Translations under genes and position numbers: made by a program
Shown here: positions 127,515 to 141,763 of the stretch, in pieces
How positions within the stretch are numbered: position 1 is the first letter of the stretch
Layout of the letters: every line of letters begins with the position of its first letter
The notes under the pieces: generated by a model
What the model was told of the DNA's origin: nothing
Seen by the model: only the letters and a program-made list of their open reading frames with translations
Database searches by the model: none
Assembly: GCF_000400465.1 (NCBI RefSeq)
Contig: NW_008806283.1
Coordinates: 20,001 to 268,000, forward strand
Source: Wallemia ichthyophaga EXF-994
Lineage: Eukaryota; Fungi; Basidiomycota
Reading direction: 5' to 3'
DNA length: 248,000 nucleotides

Positions 127515-130500
127515 TTACAATAAAAGATCAAGTTGTTGTTTCAATTCCGTTGATATTTTCAAATATTCATTACGTTGTGCCTTGGCTACGCTTAAATCCC
127601 GTGCCATTTTTTCAACTCCATCAACGGCATGCACATCCGCATACATACCGTCGAGTTCCTCATTGAATGATTCGTATAGAACGCTTATCTCACTCTTGCA
127701 TTCATTCAATTGCTTCTCTAGCTTGTGCGTGCGTTCTGCGTCTGCTTTTTGACGCTGTTGCAATTGTCGCGCTACCTGTACTTGCAATTCAAGTGATCTT
127801 TCCATTTCCGCGAATGAATTGCTGTCGATTTGGCCGGATTTAGTCTTTTTCAGTGTTCTTGCGTCATCTGATAGCTGTATTGTGTGTCAGATGGGTATGA
127901 ATGGCACTCCACCGAACTCACACTGTCTATAAGGAAATTGAGACTTTCATCGGTAGTGCCTGCACTGTGACAAATCTCTTCCCACTTGCGTTTCCTCTCG
128001 CTCAAACCGACATCAACCCTGACAATCTCGGATTTAGGAGGAGGCATTATCTTACGGTCCTTGTTCTCCTTCTCTGAGGTATCAGCAGTGTCATTGTACA
128101 CCCACTCATCCAGTGCACTCGTGTAGCCGTAGCCATCCTCCGGCACTGACTTGGTTGACTTGGATGGTTTGAGTGGCTGTGGTTTTGGCTGTGACTCCGC
128201 CTTCACTTCCACTTGCTCCACTGCAACATTCTTACTTGGAATACTCAAAGGACGTACGACAGGCAAATCCATCTTGTACGCATTCCCGACTTTCGGAGTA
128301 GATTTAAGGGTGCTCCTGCTACTTGTGCTACCAGTACTACGGGTGAGATCGCGCGGTCCGAACGGTTTCCTTGCACCGGGCGACATTACTCCCGACCTCA
128401 GACCTGAACTTGTACCAGTACTGCGTGACCACGCGGACGAGTTGGTAGTCTGCCTCGACATACTGAATGCCGGTTCGGGGGGAATGAGTGAGCTGCTGAC
128501 GCTTTCCGGATGGGGTTGGTCAGGGCTAGTGGGAGTGGGTGTGTGGTTGGTGGTGTAAGTGTGAGAGTGCGTAGGTACACTCGTCGACCGCCGTCTGCTG
128601 ACTGTGTTCAATCCTGCTCTGCCCTCACGCACTATCGCTTCATCAGCCCCACCGGCTATGTAGGAAGGCTGGCGAGCTATTGCAGCTGCAATGTCTTCGT
128701 CTGTGTCGTTATCTGCCTCCTCTTCCGCATCCTCATAACGCGGGAATTGTGACGAATCATTCTCGCCGAATTTTAAGTCAACGCTGGTGGAATTAGAGAT
128801 AGTGCTGCCATTGCCGTTGGTGGCGTCGCTCGTGCGTGCATCTGTGTCACTACCGCAAGGCAGCGACGTCGAAGCGTCCGAGCGAGTGCTGTAATTACCC
128901 GCAGTAGCTAGGCTGCTATGAGAGCGGGGCGGGAGAGGTGGATCGAGTGGGTAACCATGTTCATTTTCATTCCCACTCTCACTCTCACTCCCACTATCAC
129001 TCCCACTCTTCTCACTCCTTGCAACGCTCACACCCACCACACCCACATTGCTCGAGGGAGGGGGAAGCGAGCGAGGTCTTTCGAGATAGGAAGCACGCAC
129101 GCCATCCCTGTAGTCGAGCATTTCCACCTCTTCCTCGGCCTTAGCAACAGCCAGGCGGCGCTCGTGGTCGATCTGTGCTTCCGTCGTCCTCCGCTTGTGT
129201 AGCTCGCGCGCAACGGCTTCTGCCTCAGCCTCCCGCTCGGCGTCAGCTGCAGGTGGCGTCTGCTTGCGTTTCACCTTGCGCTCGAATACGGCCGGTGCTG
129301 GCGGCGATTTGGGCAGTGGGCTGGGTGTACGCGTGTGAGTGTGTGCAAGGGTGGAATGAGAAGGCGCCGATCCGCGATGATCTACCGACGTTGCAGGTGT
129401 AGATGTCACCTCGCTGTTTACACTCCCCATTGTTAAATTACCGCTCGACTTGCTCGCTAGTGAGCGTGTGCGGCGGTGCGAGTGTGAATTGGTAGAGTTC
129501 GTGAGGTCTGCGTCAGGTACACCCAGCCTCCCATTGGCAACACCCGCGCCGTGCTTGAAGAAGCCCCTAGATACGCTCTCGAATTTGTTCTTTGTCGGTG
129601 AAGATGGTGCCCGCTCACGCTTGCGTCCTCCCACTGTCAGATTTGGCGCTAAGCCAGCAGGTGTATAGTCGTACAGACGTGCCGCTTGGATATGCCACAC
129701 GAGACGTTCGTAAACGCCAGCCATATCCACACTCTCTTCCAACTCTTCGGGTGGACTACTGAAAGTCGTGGTAAGGTGCACGTCGTCGTGTTCGTTGTTG
129801 ACTTGCGCACGCATCACTATTAGTGGACAAGTGCCTGCCTCGCCGAGTGGAATGGCATCAGCAACCCCTCCGCTCCCGTCCATGTGTAAAACTGCTTTGC
129901 TTTTGTGTGCTGATCTGAACCACTGGTCACGGGATGTGTACACATTGTAGTAGAGTCGAGCTCGCCCACTCCCCCGCCCACTGCTTACACCACCACTCTC
130001 TAATGGCAACCAGTCGCGGGATATCTTGGCACAGGCATCTCCGCCGGTTGACAATGTACTTAAAATGGCCTGCTGTTTCCATGTACTCGAAATGAACCGC
130101 GTCATTGGACTGTCCGTTGAGAGAGGTTCTGATGGAGAGAAAGACACTTGCGTTGCGGAGAAGGCTTTGGAGGATCTGTTAAACCGCTCATCGTCACAAT
130201 CAGCGAACGCTGAGTTGTTGAAGACAATACCGAGTTCTGAATTGTGTGTTAGTGGGTTACTAACACAGGAAAAAAACCAGTCACCTTGATGTGATAAATC
130301 GGTCAAAGTTACATCTGATAGGTCAGCAACAACTTTACAAACCAGTTGATGCTTTGCTATACCAATTCCCCAGGATTTGGCGGGTGTGGATGAAGGATTG
130401 GAAGCGTCCAAGTCATCAAGACCGGAGAGTTTGCGACCTCTTGCGTGAGCAGAGGGACGCTTAGCGATGACCAACTTATCGTTGAAGAGGAAGAGAGTGC

Positions 130501-131347
130501 ATGGGAGAGGGTCGTCAATGTGACTAGTAAGAGGAGTTGGAAGGTCGTCAACGTCGATGGAGTCGATTAGAGTGCGATTGTGTGAGATGAGATTTGGGGG
130601 AAAGTCTTGGATGTTTCTTTGGAGAGTGTGCATTAGAGTGGCACGTTTAGTAGTCTCGTCAGCTTCACAGGAGGCGATCTTTGAGGCTAAATCGAGAGCT
130701 TGAAAGAGTAGGGAGCGTTGATCGTGAGATTGGTCAAGATAGTTCATCATACCTTGAAGGAGGAGGATATAGCGGGGGATTCGTTGGACAGGCTCCATTA
130801 GCAGCTCTCTTAAGCCAATATTGTTGATACCCGTAGTCTGCCATTGGGTTCTATCGATGAATTCGACAAAAGATTTCTTCTTCAATAGGTCCTTGAACAG
130901 TTCAACGGATTTCTGCCTGTTAAAGTAATATTGGTTGTAAGGAGTGAGATAGGGAAAGTGAGACATGCAAATATTCCCTATGTTAAATTCATTCGCGTGT
131001 TCTAATTCGGTGAGGAAGGAGTAATTGATGTGCAAAATCTGATCAATGTTTGCAAATAAAGATTTGGCGTCAAAGTGGTTTATGATTTGAGTGTCTTTGT
131101 GTTTAGCGAATTGTCTCAATGGATCGGCGTAATTGAGTTTGAGAGCAGTGATCCTTTTAACGTAAGATTTCTCAGTGCTGATTAATTCATTGAGTTGCTG
131201 TTGAAATGATTGTATATTCGGAGATTTGGTTGGTGGTGGTGGGAGAGACGAGGAGTTCAGGGAAGGAGAGATGAGATTCTCGCCGATGTCCCAATAACAA
131301 CCATCAAATACAACATCACAGAAGAAAGCCTTATGCTGTGATGACAT
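127515..131347 (-). CDS. RhoGEF (DH-PH) protein
   Basis: ELISTEKSYV, LLMEPVQRIPRY. Confidence 0.85.
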
Positions 131348-131445
131348 ATTTTTAATTATTTAATTGATATTGATGGTTCAATTCAAACTACCAAATTCGG
131401 TTGGTGTTGGGCAGCAATTAATTAAAAATCTTTTGGTAAACAACG

Positions 131446-134400
131446 ATGAAGAGGAGATCGACAGTTTGTGGATATGAGTTTACGTGTGAGCCATCAACAA
131501 CGCCAACAACGAAATCATCATCATCATCCTCATCGTGCTTGTCTTCCACTTTAACGAAAACAACTTCAATCTCCTCTAGATCTTTATCAATTACGGATAA
131601 GAGCGTTATAAGGAATTATCATTTACTACTTGAGTTGGTTAATACTGAGACGCAATACTACAACGACCTACGAATACTGGTAAACGTTTACTTGGACAAC
131701 CTACCCAAAGCCCTATCCTATCCAACTAGAAATCTAATCAAAAGAAATATTTCATCTATTCTCGCTTTACATTCACGTATAACGGCTTCTATTAACAAAG
131801 TACTCGATGATGAGCACTTGCAGCTAGATACCTTCACCATTGGTCCTGGTTCTGCTATTCACAAGCGCACAATTGACAGATGTACTGATAAAGTTGCAAA
131901 CAGCTTCATCGATCAAGCACCTTACTTCGACATATACAACGAATTCTGCGCTAATCACCCACGTGCCTTATCGAAATTATCCTCCTCCTCTAACCTCCCC
132001 ATTTGGCATCACTACGAGCGCAAATGCTTTGTTTTATCCCAACAATTTCACCCACAAAACAACAAATTACAATTGAAAGACTACCTCATCAAACCTATTC
132101 AACGCGTCTGTAGATATCCTCTACTTCTAGACAGCCTCTCTAAAACCTCCAACCACAAAGACTCTCACATTGATCAAGCACTCCATATTATGAAACAAGT
132201 CGCGATGAAAGCTGATCAAGCTAGACTTGAATGTGAGCAACAGGAGAAAAGCCAACTCATCGCTACTCGCTGTGAAGGCCACTCCAATCTCTCCTCCCTC
132301 GAAATTAACTCTTTTGGCACTGCAAAACTGGTTGGAGCACTAGATGTTTTTGTACACAACTCAAAACTACCTCTAATCCCTCCACTTAAAGTAAAGGTGG
132401 GGTTTTTCTTACCTCTCACTACTCTATCTCATCCAACCAACAGTACCTCGGCGCTTTTCTTTACGAACGCTTTCTTGTTCTCGTCAAAATACGCAAATCT
132501 ACCATCTATGAACCCAGATACTGGTTTCCTTTGGACTTATGGCACGTCACTGATGTTCCCTCTGGTGATGGTACGTTTTTCTTCCCTTTTTCACTCCCCT
132601 TCTGATAATTTCAGGTCTCATGCACCATTCCTTTAGACTCTCCCTTCACCTACAACACTTCGAATTCAGCTGCTGCTCCGACTCTGAAAAGCACATCTGG
132701 ATGAAAGCCATCATCAACTCCATCTCAACTAGTCGCAGGATGTGGTCACAAGATTACGTCAACTCCATGTCTCACTCCAACTCAATCAAGGCTCTCCCCA
132801 CTAACGTCGCCTACTCTCTCGCCCACAGAAAACTAACTGCTCCTGTTTCAGCAACTGCTGAGGATGTTGAGGAACAATCCGCCCAACAATCCCAGCACTT
132901 CCGTGTCTCAGCCCAAAAAAGGAACTCTCTGCCCATCGCGACTGACGTTGATCACTCCCCACAACCCCAACCTCAATCCCAGTTACCCCAGGAGTTCCCC
133001 ACACCTGCCACCTCTTTCACTTATAATCTTCTTCCCCCACCTGAGACTGCTCCTAGTATCAACACTACTAGCAGTACCCGCTTTGTCTATCATAACGGTA
133101 ACCCTGCTGAACCCCTCGTTCTCCGTCGCTCTCCTAGTGCACCTCGCGCTGCTGTCGACAAGTGCATGTCTTCAATACTCTCCGAGGAAATCTCTCAGGC
133201 TCGTCACATGGCTGCTTTAAATCTACGCAGACCAGCTCGACCACGCAAGATGCACTCTGTGCACGCCGATCTCAATATGATGGCAAATCAAGATCCCAAC
133301 CCATCTGCTAACAATACGAACACTATACACAATTCAAATACCGCAAATACTACAAAGAAAGCTGAAGTGAAACGCAGGAGAAGTTTTGTGTACCTCGATA
133401 CCAAGGATGGAACGAACAATTCATTTGGGGATATATTCGAAGATAGTGCAACGTCATCCGCACCTGGCTCTACACACAGTCGACACAAGAAAACTCCTTC
133501 TCGGATCGCTGAAATGTACGGGCGGAAACGCAAGTCATCTGCACCAACTTTATCCAACGGTTTGAATACAGGAGGTAATAGTGAAACGATGGCTAATTTG
133601 TCAGAATTGTCTGATTGGTCGCTTAACGTGAGTGTAGATGACAAGTTGAAGCATCGTCGCAAGTTGGGACACTCATTCAGTAGCCGCTTCAGCTCATTTG
133701 GCGACTCGATCAAAAACTTTACACCAGGTAGTGCCAACAGCAGTCCACTGAGCACACCGACTGCCATATATGCAACTGAGGGCGCACCTATTCCACCACC
133801 TGTTCAAAGTGTAGCCGGGGTGAGGCGTAACAGTCGCAGTTTCAGTGGATTGAAAAACACTCTGACCCTCAAGAGCAGTGCGTCAGAGCAAAACTTGGCT
133901 AAACACAAAAACCCCAATGCTAGCAAACTGTCAGAGACAGAGGCGCTTTATATCAAGTACTTACAAGGCGACATTGGTCCACCTGAAGAATCTCCTGATG
134001 AAGATAAGCAGCAAGACAAAGACAAGGACGAGAGACCTGCAGTCAGACGCAGTTTTACCTTTTCGCATGGAAATACGGATGTCAGTGAGAATGCAGATGT
134101 GATTACGGATACTGAAGTGGATAACACTATTACCCAAAACCGCACCAAACAACGTCTCAGCGACTCGTCCCAAGAACGTGGAAGGGGACAAGGTCGAGTG
134201 AGAGTGCAGCAACCGCGGGCTGTGTCGGCATCTAGTGCGGTAGGTGCGGTGAGCAATGGTAATGCACATGCACACGGCAGCAATCACAAGCGGTCCCGCT
134301 CACGTTTCTCAATGCTCATGCTACCCAGGCAGCGTGAGAGGGAGAAGGAGAGAGAGCCGATAAGTGAGCTTGAGAAAGACCACGAAGGTGCACTGAAAGG

Positions 134401-135172
134401 TCTTCAACTCAACACGGACACCCCACAGCTAGATCTTCCTGGCGATGTCGGGCGCATGTCTCCCATCAATAAGTTCTTCATATTTGGACAGAGTCAGAGC
134501 GATAGTGAGGGTTCGCCTGACGCTTTCAAACCCAGCTCGAGAAAATCGAAAAACAGACGCATCTCGCCTGCTGCTAGCCTCAGTAGCGCCCATCAACACT
134601 TGCCTGTCCACCCATTACAACCTCCTCAGCCACACTTTCGCGGTAAAAGAACGGACCACTCCGCTCCAGCATTGTCGCGCACTTCGACTGAAGCGTCGCA
134701 CGCAGGTGCTCCGCAGCTCCCAAAGCTCGTTATCGGCGAGGATGGTGGTGCAGAATGGCGCCAGAGAGTGAGGCAAAGGGAGCATGAGAAAAAGGCAATG
134801 GAGGAGGAGGGAGGAGTGAATGATTTTGGTCCGCAGAATGAACACATGACGCAGATGACGCAGAGCAATCAGAACAATATAACCAATCCTAATACTCCTG
134901 AGACAGGTACTGCTGGTGAGACGCCTAAATCCACTAAACAAAAATCATCGAACAGATCGGGCGTCTCAAAAAGCTCGCCTAATCTTCTCTCCAGACTGAA
135001 TTCGTTTAGCTCGAACAAATCTAAAAAGAGCAAAAAGGGTAAAGATTCATCGGCTTCTACCCCCGTTTCTGCCACTTCTGAAAATGGCGACGAGCAGTCT
135101 AACAGTGGCACGCTCAATCGTAAAAAGAGTCTCAAGGCTTTCCTCACTAAGATGAACTTCACGCGCGTTTGA
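131446..135172 (+). CDS. RhoGEF (DH-PH) protein
   Basis: ELVNTETQYY, LIKPIQRVCRYPLL. Confidence 0.85.
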
Positions 135173-136258
135173 GTGTGTGTAAGGTGAGTTTTGATTTGCA
135201 TGTGGATCAAGTAGCTGACACTTTCTAGCTTATTTTTACTGCACACATAGTGCGTAACCGTTTGATCAAACAAATCAACATCACATTTCCGAGTAAGAAA
135301 GAAAATAAGACAATAACCAAGACAAAAAAAAAGATACCGCAGATTTACGCGCTAAACTTTTCCAGATTTTCAAATATTGCCAATATCTTCTAATCACCCT
135401 TGAATCAAACCAATTATCAATCTGGACTTATATTTCGGTGTCAAATCTACAACACGACCAACTTGTATTACTAAACAACCAATGACAATGACGATATGTA
135501 TCTTGACATAAATGTTTGCATTTCACTATCTATATCGCTTATTGGGCTTGCTACACTGAAATTCTTTGAAAAGCTGGCACATGTACTCGATCATGGGAGA
135601 AGATAGTCTTACACAAGCATTCCACCATTCCACCACTCGGCAAGTATGACCCTTCATAATCGTGAGCCATTTATAATCCTCCCGCTGACACACCTTATCC
135701 TTGCATGATCAAACATCAATGGCGTTCATCGGACATTGAATTCGATCCTCTCTATTGCTCCACCCTAATACTTCCGAGCTGGTATTCACAGTGTTCCATC
135801 ACTGTGATATGCTATCATTCGTCATCTCAAATCAAGGTACTACCGCTAAGGTCACTACTTTCGCCTAACAAATTAACAAGCAGAAATGTACTTGCGTTGT
135901 GATAAGCATAAAATGCGGTTATTGTTCCGATTTTCAGGGTTTTTTTCCTCCTATCACATTCTCAGCCCTTCGGAATTTTTATCAAAATGATGGTGTCATT
136001 TATGTCAAGGCACACTCGGTGAATTCTAAAAAATCCCGCTAACCCGATAAAAAACCAGATCACTGCTACAATATATCATCAAGGGACAGCTTCTTCATCC
136101 TGTCGTCGTAATGTGCCTGTTCGCAGGCTTGCCCATCGCTTAAATTAAGGTGTTACTCATTCTGACTGACTTAATTAAGTGTGGGGCTCGCACTATTTAA
136201 ACTGCGAAGGTGCCTGTGATGTTTTCTTTACAAACCTTCCAACTGATACACTTTAACA

Positions 136259-137179
136259 ATGTTCAAGAAGCTACTCCTGTTCTCTGCTGCTTTGACAAGC
136301 ACAATCGTCAATGCAACCACCTATGCAACCTTCTACTCAGACCCCTCATGTACCGAGAATGCCTCTGTAGACTTTAGCGTAAACAACCCGGGCTGTTTCA
136401 GCGCTGGCAGCAACGAATACGTCAAGTATCACGGCACCAACGTCCAATGCTTCTCGCTTGTCAAATCACCAGACGCAAGCTCTCCATGCCAATTCGATTG
136501 TATAACAGGATTGTCCAACTCTAATGCTCCAGTTCCAGACTGCGCTGGTCTCATTATTCCTGAGGGCAATTGCTACTACGTTGGACAACATGAGTCACTC
136601 CGTTTCATTGGAGGCAAATGCCCATCGAACGATTGCCCAGACAGATCAAGCAGATCAATTCCAACACTCGAAGACTACGAGGATGAACATTATCAGGAGG
136701 ATAAATACTATGATGATTCCAACTCAGAGCAAGAGCAAGAACAAGAGCAAGTATCGGAGCAAGTCAGCGAAGATGGCGATATACTGGAACAAACTGTTGA
136801 CAACGTCGCCGATGGTCTCACTGATGCTGTTGACAGCCCCACTTCACCTGCACTCGACAGACGAGACTATGGTGTACCAGGCGTCGGATACTACCGCATG
136901 TGTAAAGACAAGTATTGCACCTTGGACTGCTCAATCAACTTCAGAACTACCGACCCAGGCTGTATCAACGGTGGTGACTTCAAATCTCTGCAACTACCTG
137001 GTGGTCTTGGCAGCACAAGCACTTTGCAGCTAGTTGGTACCCCTCACCCAGGCTGCGTATGTCAAGATGCTTGTTGGAATGTGCAGGGCCCTTCATGTAT
137101 GGAGTTGCCTGATGACATGAAAAACAAAGGTTCATACCGTATGATCCAGCAAGGCTCATGTGACAGCAACAACTGCTAA
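136259..137179 (+). CDS. Secreted protein with two Cys-rich domains and an acidic spacer
   Basis: Signal MFKKLLLFSAALT; two domains of about 100 aa with about 10 Cys each; LDRR|DYG site. Confidence 0.7.
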   Translation: MFKKLLLFSAALTSTIVNATTYATFYSDPSCTENASVDFSVNNPGCFSAGSNEYVKYHGTNVQCFSLVKSPDASSPCQFDCITGLSNSNAPVPDCAGLIIPEGNCYYVGQHESLRFIGGKCPSNDCPDRSSRSIPTLEDYEDEHYQEDKYYDDSNSEQEQEQEQVSEQVSEDGDILEQTVDNVADGLTDAVDSPTSPALDRRDYGVPGVGYYRMCKDKYCTLDCSINFRTTDPGCINGGDFKSLQLPGGLGSTSTLQLVGTPHPGCVCQDACWNVQGPSCMELPDDMKNKGSYRMIQQGSCDSNNC

Positions 137180-137526
137180 GCTTTTTATAAAGTAGCGTGC
137201 TTTTTGGGATAAATTCGCGCTGTCAGTGTTGTAATATCGATCTATGTGATTCAACATCCAGGTGCATATGAGTGCAAAAAAATTATGACCATAAAAGTGT
137301 AAGAGCTGTGTAGCTCTACCATAACGTCACTGTACTGAGATACGTCAGCGAGAAGAAAGAGATAAGATGGGAAGTTATGGTATTGAACAAGAAGGCCTTT
137401 GAGACAAAGCAATGATGCTAACATTATCTGTTTTCTGAAATGGTAGTTCCGCTAGCTAAAAATTCGAATTGTTTAAAATTGAAACGACTTAATACTTATC
137501 GAATTACGATGAATGACCAAAAAGGA

Positions 137527-137607
137527 TGCATTAACCCGGAATTGAACCGGGGGCCGATCGAGCTTGATGAGTGGCAACGATCGAGGTTACCACTACCCCA
137601 TTAATGC
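137527..137607 (-). tRNA. tRNA-Gly(GCC) with an intron of about 10 nt
   Basis: GCATTAA/TTAATGC acceptor stem; TTGCCA anticodon loop; GGTTCAATTCC. Confidence 0.9.
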
Positions 137608-138439
137608 CTATGCGGATAGAGTTTTTCTTATAATATCAAATTGCGGTCGGGACGCAGAGAACAATGAGAAGACCCCAAATTTAAATTATTTAAACAATTT
137701 TTTTTTACTCTTATACAATTTAGACTTAATTCTCTTATTAATCACAGCGCCTTGCCCTTTGTGCAAAGTTTCCACCTCACAAAGATCAAGACGTTTACAG
137801 CTTGATAGAGGGTGTTATTTTACTGTAATACATCTATTATAAACAAAACAATGCTCTTCAATCGAGATTGTCGCAGCATGACGAATCCTTTCAAATTAAA
137901 AGAAAAATTGTATAAACCATATTTTTATACACCTTGACAGCAAATTCTTAAGATCTTTCATCCAAAACACTCAGTTATAAATAGAACTAATTAATACTTT
138001 TCTTTTTCTAATTCTGATTACACGCTAACATTAGGATTTTTCTTGTCGATGCTGTGATTAACACTAATATGAAAGTTTTAAAAACTTAGAATTGTGTTTG
138101 AATAAAGCTGTGCTAATTATTTACGCCGCCTGTTGGGATCTGGCTTTACTGTGCATCGCAATCTGGTATTGGGGGAGTTGATCTGATAAATGCTGACATG
138201 ATAGACCAGTATAGCCATAAAATATATCTAAGAACCTCTCTAATAACGGCATCCGATATAGCTTTTACCGCTCAGCGTCCTAAAATGACTCAGTGGTTCT
138301 GACACGTCGAAGGAGTTGCCGTACAAGTCGTTGTAATTCCTGAAAGTTTGAACAGTGAAATGTATCGAGAACTAATATTCCAATGAGAGTTCCAGTATTG
138401 CCTTCCCTTCATTATTTAGTTTTCTCGAATTTTTCTGAG

Positions 138440-138960
138440 CTGATGCCAAACCCCCGATTTCAGAGTGTGGCTGTCCCCCACTTTTCTAAGTTTAAAACCC
138501 TTCATCAAAGTGTGAAATGAGGCAAAATAGCAAAATTCTTTCCTTGGTGCCAGTTTTGAGTCCTGTAAACGCCACACAAATTTTAACTTTTTCCGAGTTT
138601 GTAGAGCTGAATAACAGAGATTTTTATGTACTTGCGGTATCCACAGGTAAAAATATTAATTTCCATTGATTAAGAGCGTAACATCCTCCAAATATATCCT
138701 ATAGCGTGCTCCAGAGCGATTTCGAGTCACCGCTTCCGATCAGCTTGCAGGACGCAACTTCGAGCACCAGGGATCTAAATATCGCATAATCGTATTATTT
138801 TAAGTCAGAGCTATCAATAAAGCCTTTTTACTTAGAAATCTCAAAAGTCGTAAATCATTTTCTGAGATGATGGGTGGCAGTCGAGAAATCGAAGTTGGTT
138901 GATATTGAATAGAGGGTTGATATTGGGATGTATTTGAAATGCTCTAGTTTATGTCATTTC
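138440..138960 (-). repeat. Copy of dispersed decayed-gene family
   Basis: AAACCCCCGATTTCA and GCGTGCTCCAGAGCGAT blocks. Confidence 0.6.
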
Positions 138961-139158
138961 AAAATTGTTCAAATTATCGGGATATGGAATCCCTAAGTTT
139001 GTAGTCTCACTGACTTGGTTATTTGCAGGGCGCCTTTGATCTAATTAATAAAAATTCATTGACTCATGTAAAAAGCTAGCTTGAATAGTAGATGATTACT
139101 CAATGTCCCTTACTCTCCCGAAACGGTTCGTAAGTTTCTGTGTTTTACACACCGGCAT

Positions 139159-139593
139159 GAAACAGACTATCAGGCTTTAGAACATAAAAGATTAATCAAA
139201 TAAATCATTAAAAATACAATCATAATGGCCTCAGAAAACACTCCAAGTCCCTCACGACAAACCACGTCAAGACATTGAAATCAACGTCGACAATTAGTTC
139301 GCGTGCACGTCATCGAGAGGCTGGCAGCGTGCTACCACCTCAGAGTTCTCGGTGAATAAGGGAAGGAGGTCACTAGTCATCGTCGAGCCAATGATAAAGT
139401 GGCAGAATTAAATCTGCGATAGACTGGATACGACCTATAGAATATGATCCTTTGGAGTACCTGACGTGCTGTGTGAGCATTGCTTCTAATCCACTTTAGT
139501 TGTTCACTAACCGTCTTAAAGTTTTAGGAAGAGAAGAATTACCTCTTTATACCAATCCCGTTAACGTAGATTAACGAAGTTTAACGAGGTGAT
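139159..139593 (+). repeat. Inverted repeat IR1, left arm
   Basis: Near-identical reverse complement of 152786..153224. Confidence 0.92.
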
Positions 139594-139667
139594 TATATGC
139601 ATGGAATGTTTAAAATACAAGGATATTTATAAATGGTACACTACTGATTACACTCCTATCAATTATT

Positions 139668-141615
139668 CTATGCGGCAACAACTTGGCCGCCTTCAACAAT
139701 ACCGACTACTTCGGCACCCTCCTCGTTTTCAGGATCACGTCCACCTGGTCCTCTAGATTGCTTGCGTTTGCTAGAAGCACTTCCGACAGATACTCTGCGG
139801 CCGCGACCGTGATGCTCCTCTTCGTCTGGATTCACGACCTCCTCCGCTCCATCAGCGTCCTCCTCCTTCTTCTGAACATCTTCACCTTGAGGCAAGGGTG
139901 TCGGAAGGCGTACTTCTGGCGGAGGACCACTGAGGTCTACGCCTATGAACTTGCCATACTCAATGAGGTCAAACGGTTTTCTATTCTTGAGTGCTTGTGT
140001 GATGAGATCACTATTGTACTTCTCTTCTCTGCTAAACTTTGCTTTAATAACTCTGCGTGTACGACCTTTGAACAACATTGCTATCATTTCAAAGTCAGTG
140101 CCAAATCTACTAAGAGCCTTAGAGCAACGTGAGCGTGAGTGCTGGGTAAAGTCACATACTCACATCGTAGAACATTTCAGTCTCAAGTCTTGTCCATCTG
140201 TCTTGACGACCTCTTCCATTGCCTCTCCACGTATTGGTATTCACAAATCTATCCGTATCGAGTTCCTCGGTAACTTCATACGCCGAAGTGTCGTTACGAG
140301 AATGCGCAGAACGGTCGACAAGCAAAGACTGCTCATCTATAACAAGCTTTCCGTTGACCAATCTCATCTGCGGACCTTGCTGGTCATTTGTCTCGTCATC
140401 TTCATCGTCATCGGAAGAAGACTCATTGTTATCATCGCCATCAACTACTTCCTCCACACCCTCTTCAGCTTTCCTCTGATCTTTAATACGCTTCTTTTCG
140501 GCCTTCTTATCTTCCTTTTTCTTTCGTGTTGTTTCATCTCTCTCCTTCCTCTGCTTCTCTTCATCTTCGACGGTTCGCCTGCGACCTGTACCATCATCAC
140601 CAGCATCTTGTTTCAAATCTTCTTCATTCAATTCTCTCAATCTAACTTTCTCCTCTTTCCGCCTTTTTTTCATTTGTGCGTGTTTCTTTGTGACGTCAAC
140701 AACTCTACTACTCAGTCTGCCCACGCCGGGATCGTGAATGAGATCGGACATTTTGTAAGTACTTGTGTCTATTGGCTGAGCTTCCGGATCATCACGCCAA
140801 ATCTCCTCGATTGGTCTCTTTTTCATTCTCATCTTCTGTGTGCGTAACTGCCTAGCTGATAGCTTTGCATTATTTGCTTTTATCTCGGCTTCTTCAAGTT
140901 GATCGTCCTCCTCGCCATCATTCTTTCTCGTATTAGCGCGAGTTTGATTTTCTTTTTCTATTAAGTTGGTTTCTTGTTGCGATGAAGTGCCTACTTCTAT
141001 TCCTTGAGCTGGAGTTCCTCTGGTTGCTTGAGATGCTCTCGTCTGTAACGGATTTTGAGCAGCTCTGGTGTTAAGGGGAGCGGCTGATGATGTAGGAGTA
141101 ACAACAGCTCGCGTCTGAAGCGGCGTCTGTGATGCTCTTGTATTTAGAGGTTGCTGCGATTTTTCTTCCTGCTGTTGGTGATTGAAACGTTGATTGAAGG
141201 ATAAGGTGGAAGAAGCTCTTGATGGCAAGATTGGAGTTGGACCTTGCTTTTGCTGTGATGGTTGGGGTTGCTGGGATGATTGAGGGAGTTGAGGCTGTTG
141301 GATTGGTGCTGGTGTAGGTAAACCAGTAGCCTGCTCAGACTGCTGAGACCGCTGAGATTGCTGGGATTGCTGAGGTTGTTGGATTTGCTGTGTGGGAGCA
141401 GGTGTAGCAATTCCAGTGTTAATTTCCTGGCTTTCCCCAATCTGCTCAATCGCCGGAGTTGGCTGAGATAATTCGATATTCTCATTGGAACCTTGTTGGT
141501 GAATAGACTGAGGAGCGTCTTGCGTGGCTGGTGGAGTTGGAAGTGGGTGATCAGCATCTGTCTCTGTCTCTTTCTGCTTGGGCTTTCCAGGTGGTTTCCT
141601 AGCCTTGTTGTTCAA
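139668..141615 (-). CDS. BDP1: TFIIIB B'' subunit Bdp1
   Basis: GPQMRLVNGKLVIDEQSL, WTRLETEMFY, RRVIKAKFSREEK. Confidence 0.8.
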
Positions 141616-141763
141616 TTTTGGTGGTATTTTAAGGCCACCCTTCTCTATAAAGCCAGATTAAACAGCTAATCAAATAACAAAACACACTCACTGATTCTAC
141701 CGCTCATTTAACTTGATAATTTGAAACCAAGATCGTCATCTTCACTTACTATCAACTCTAATT

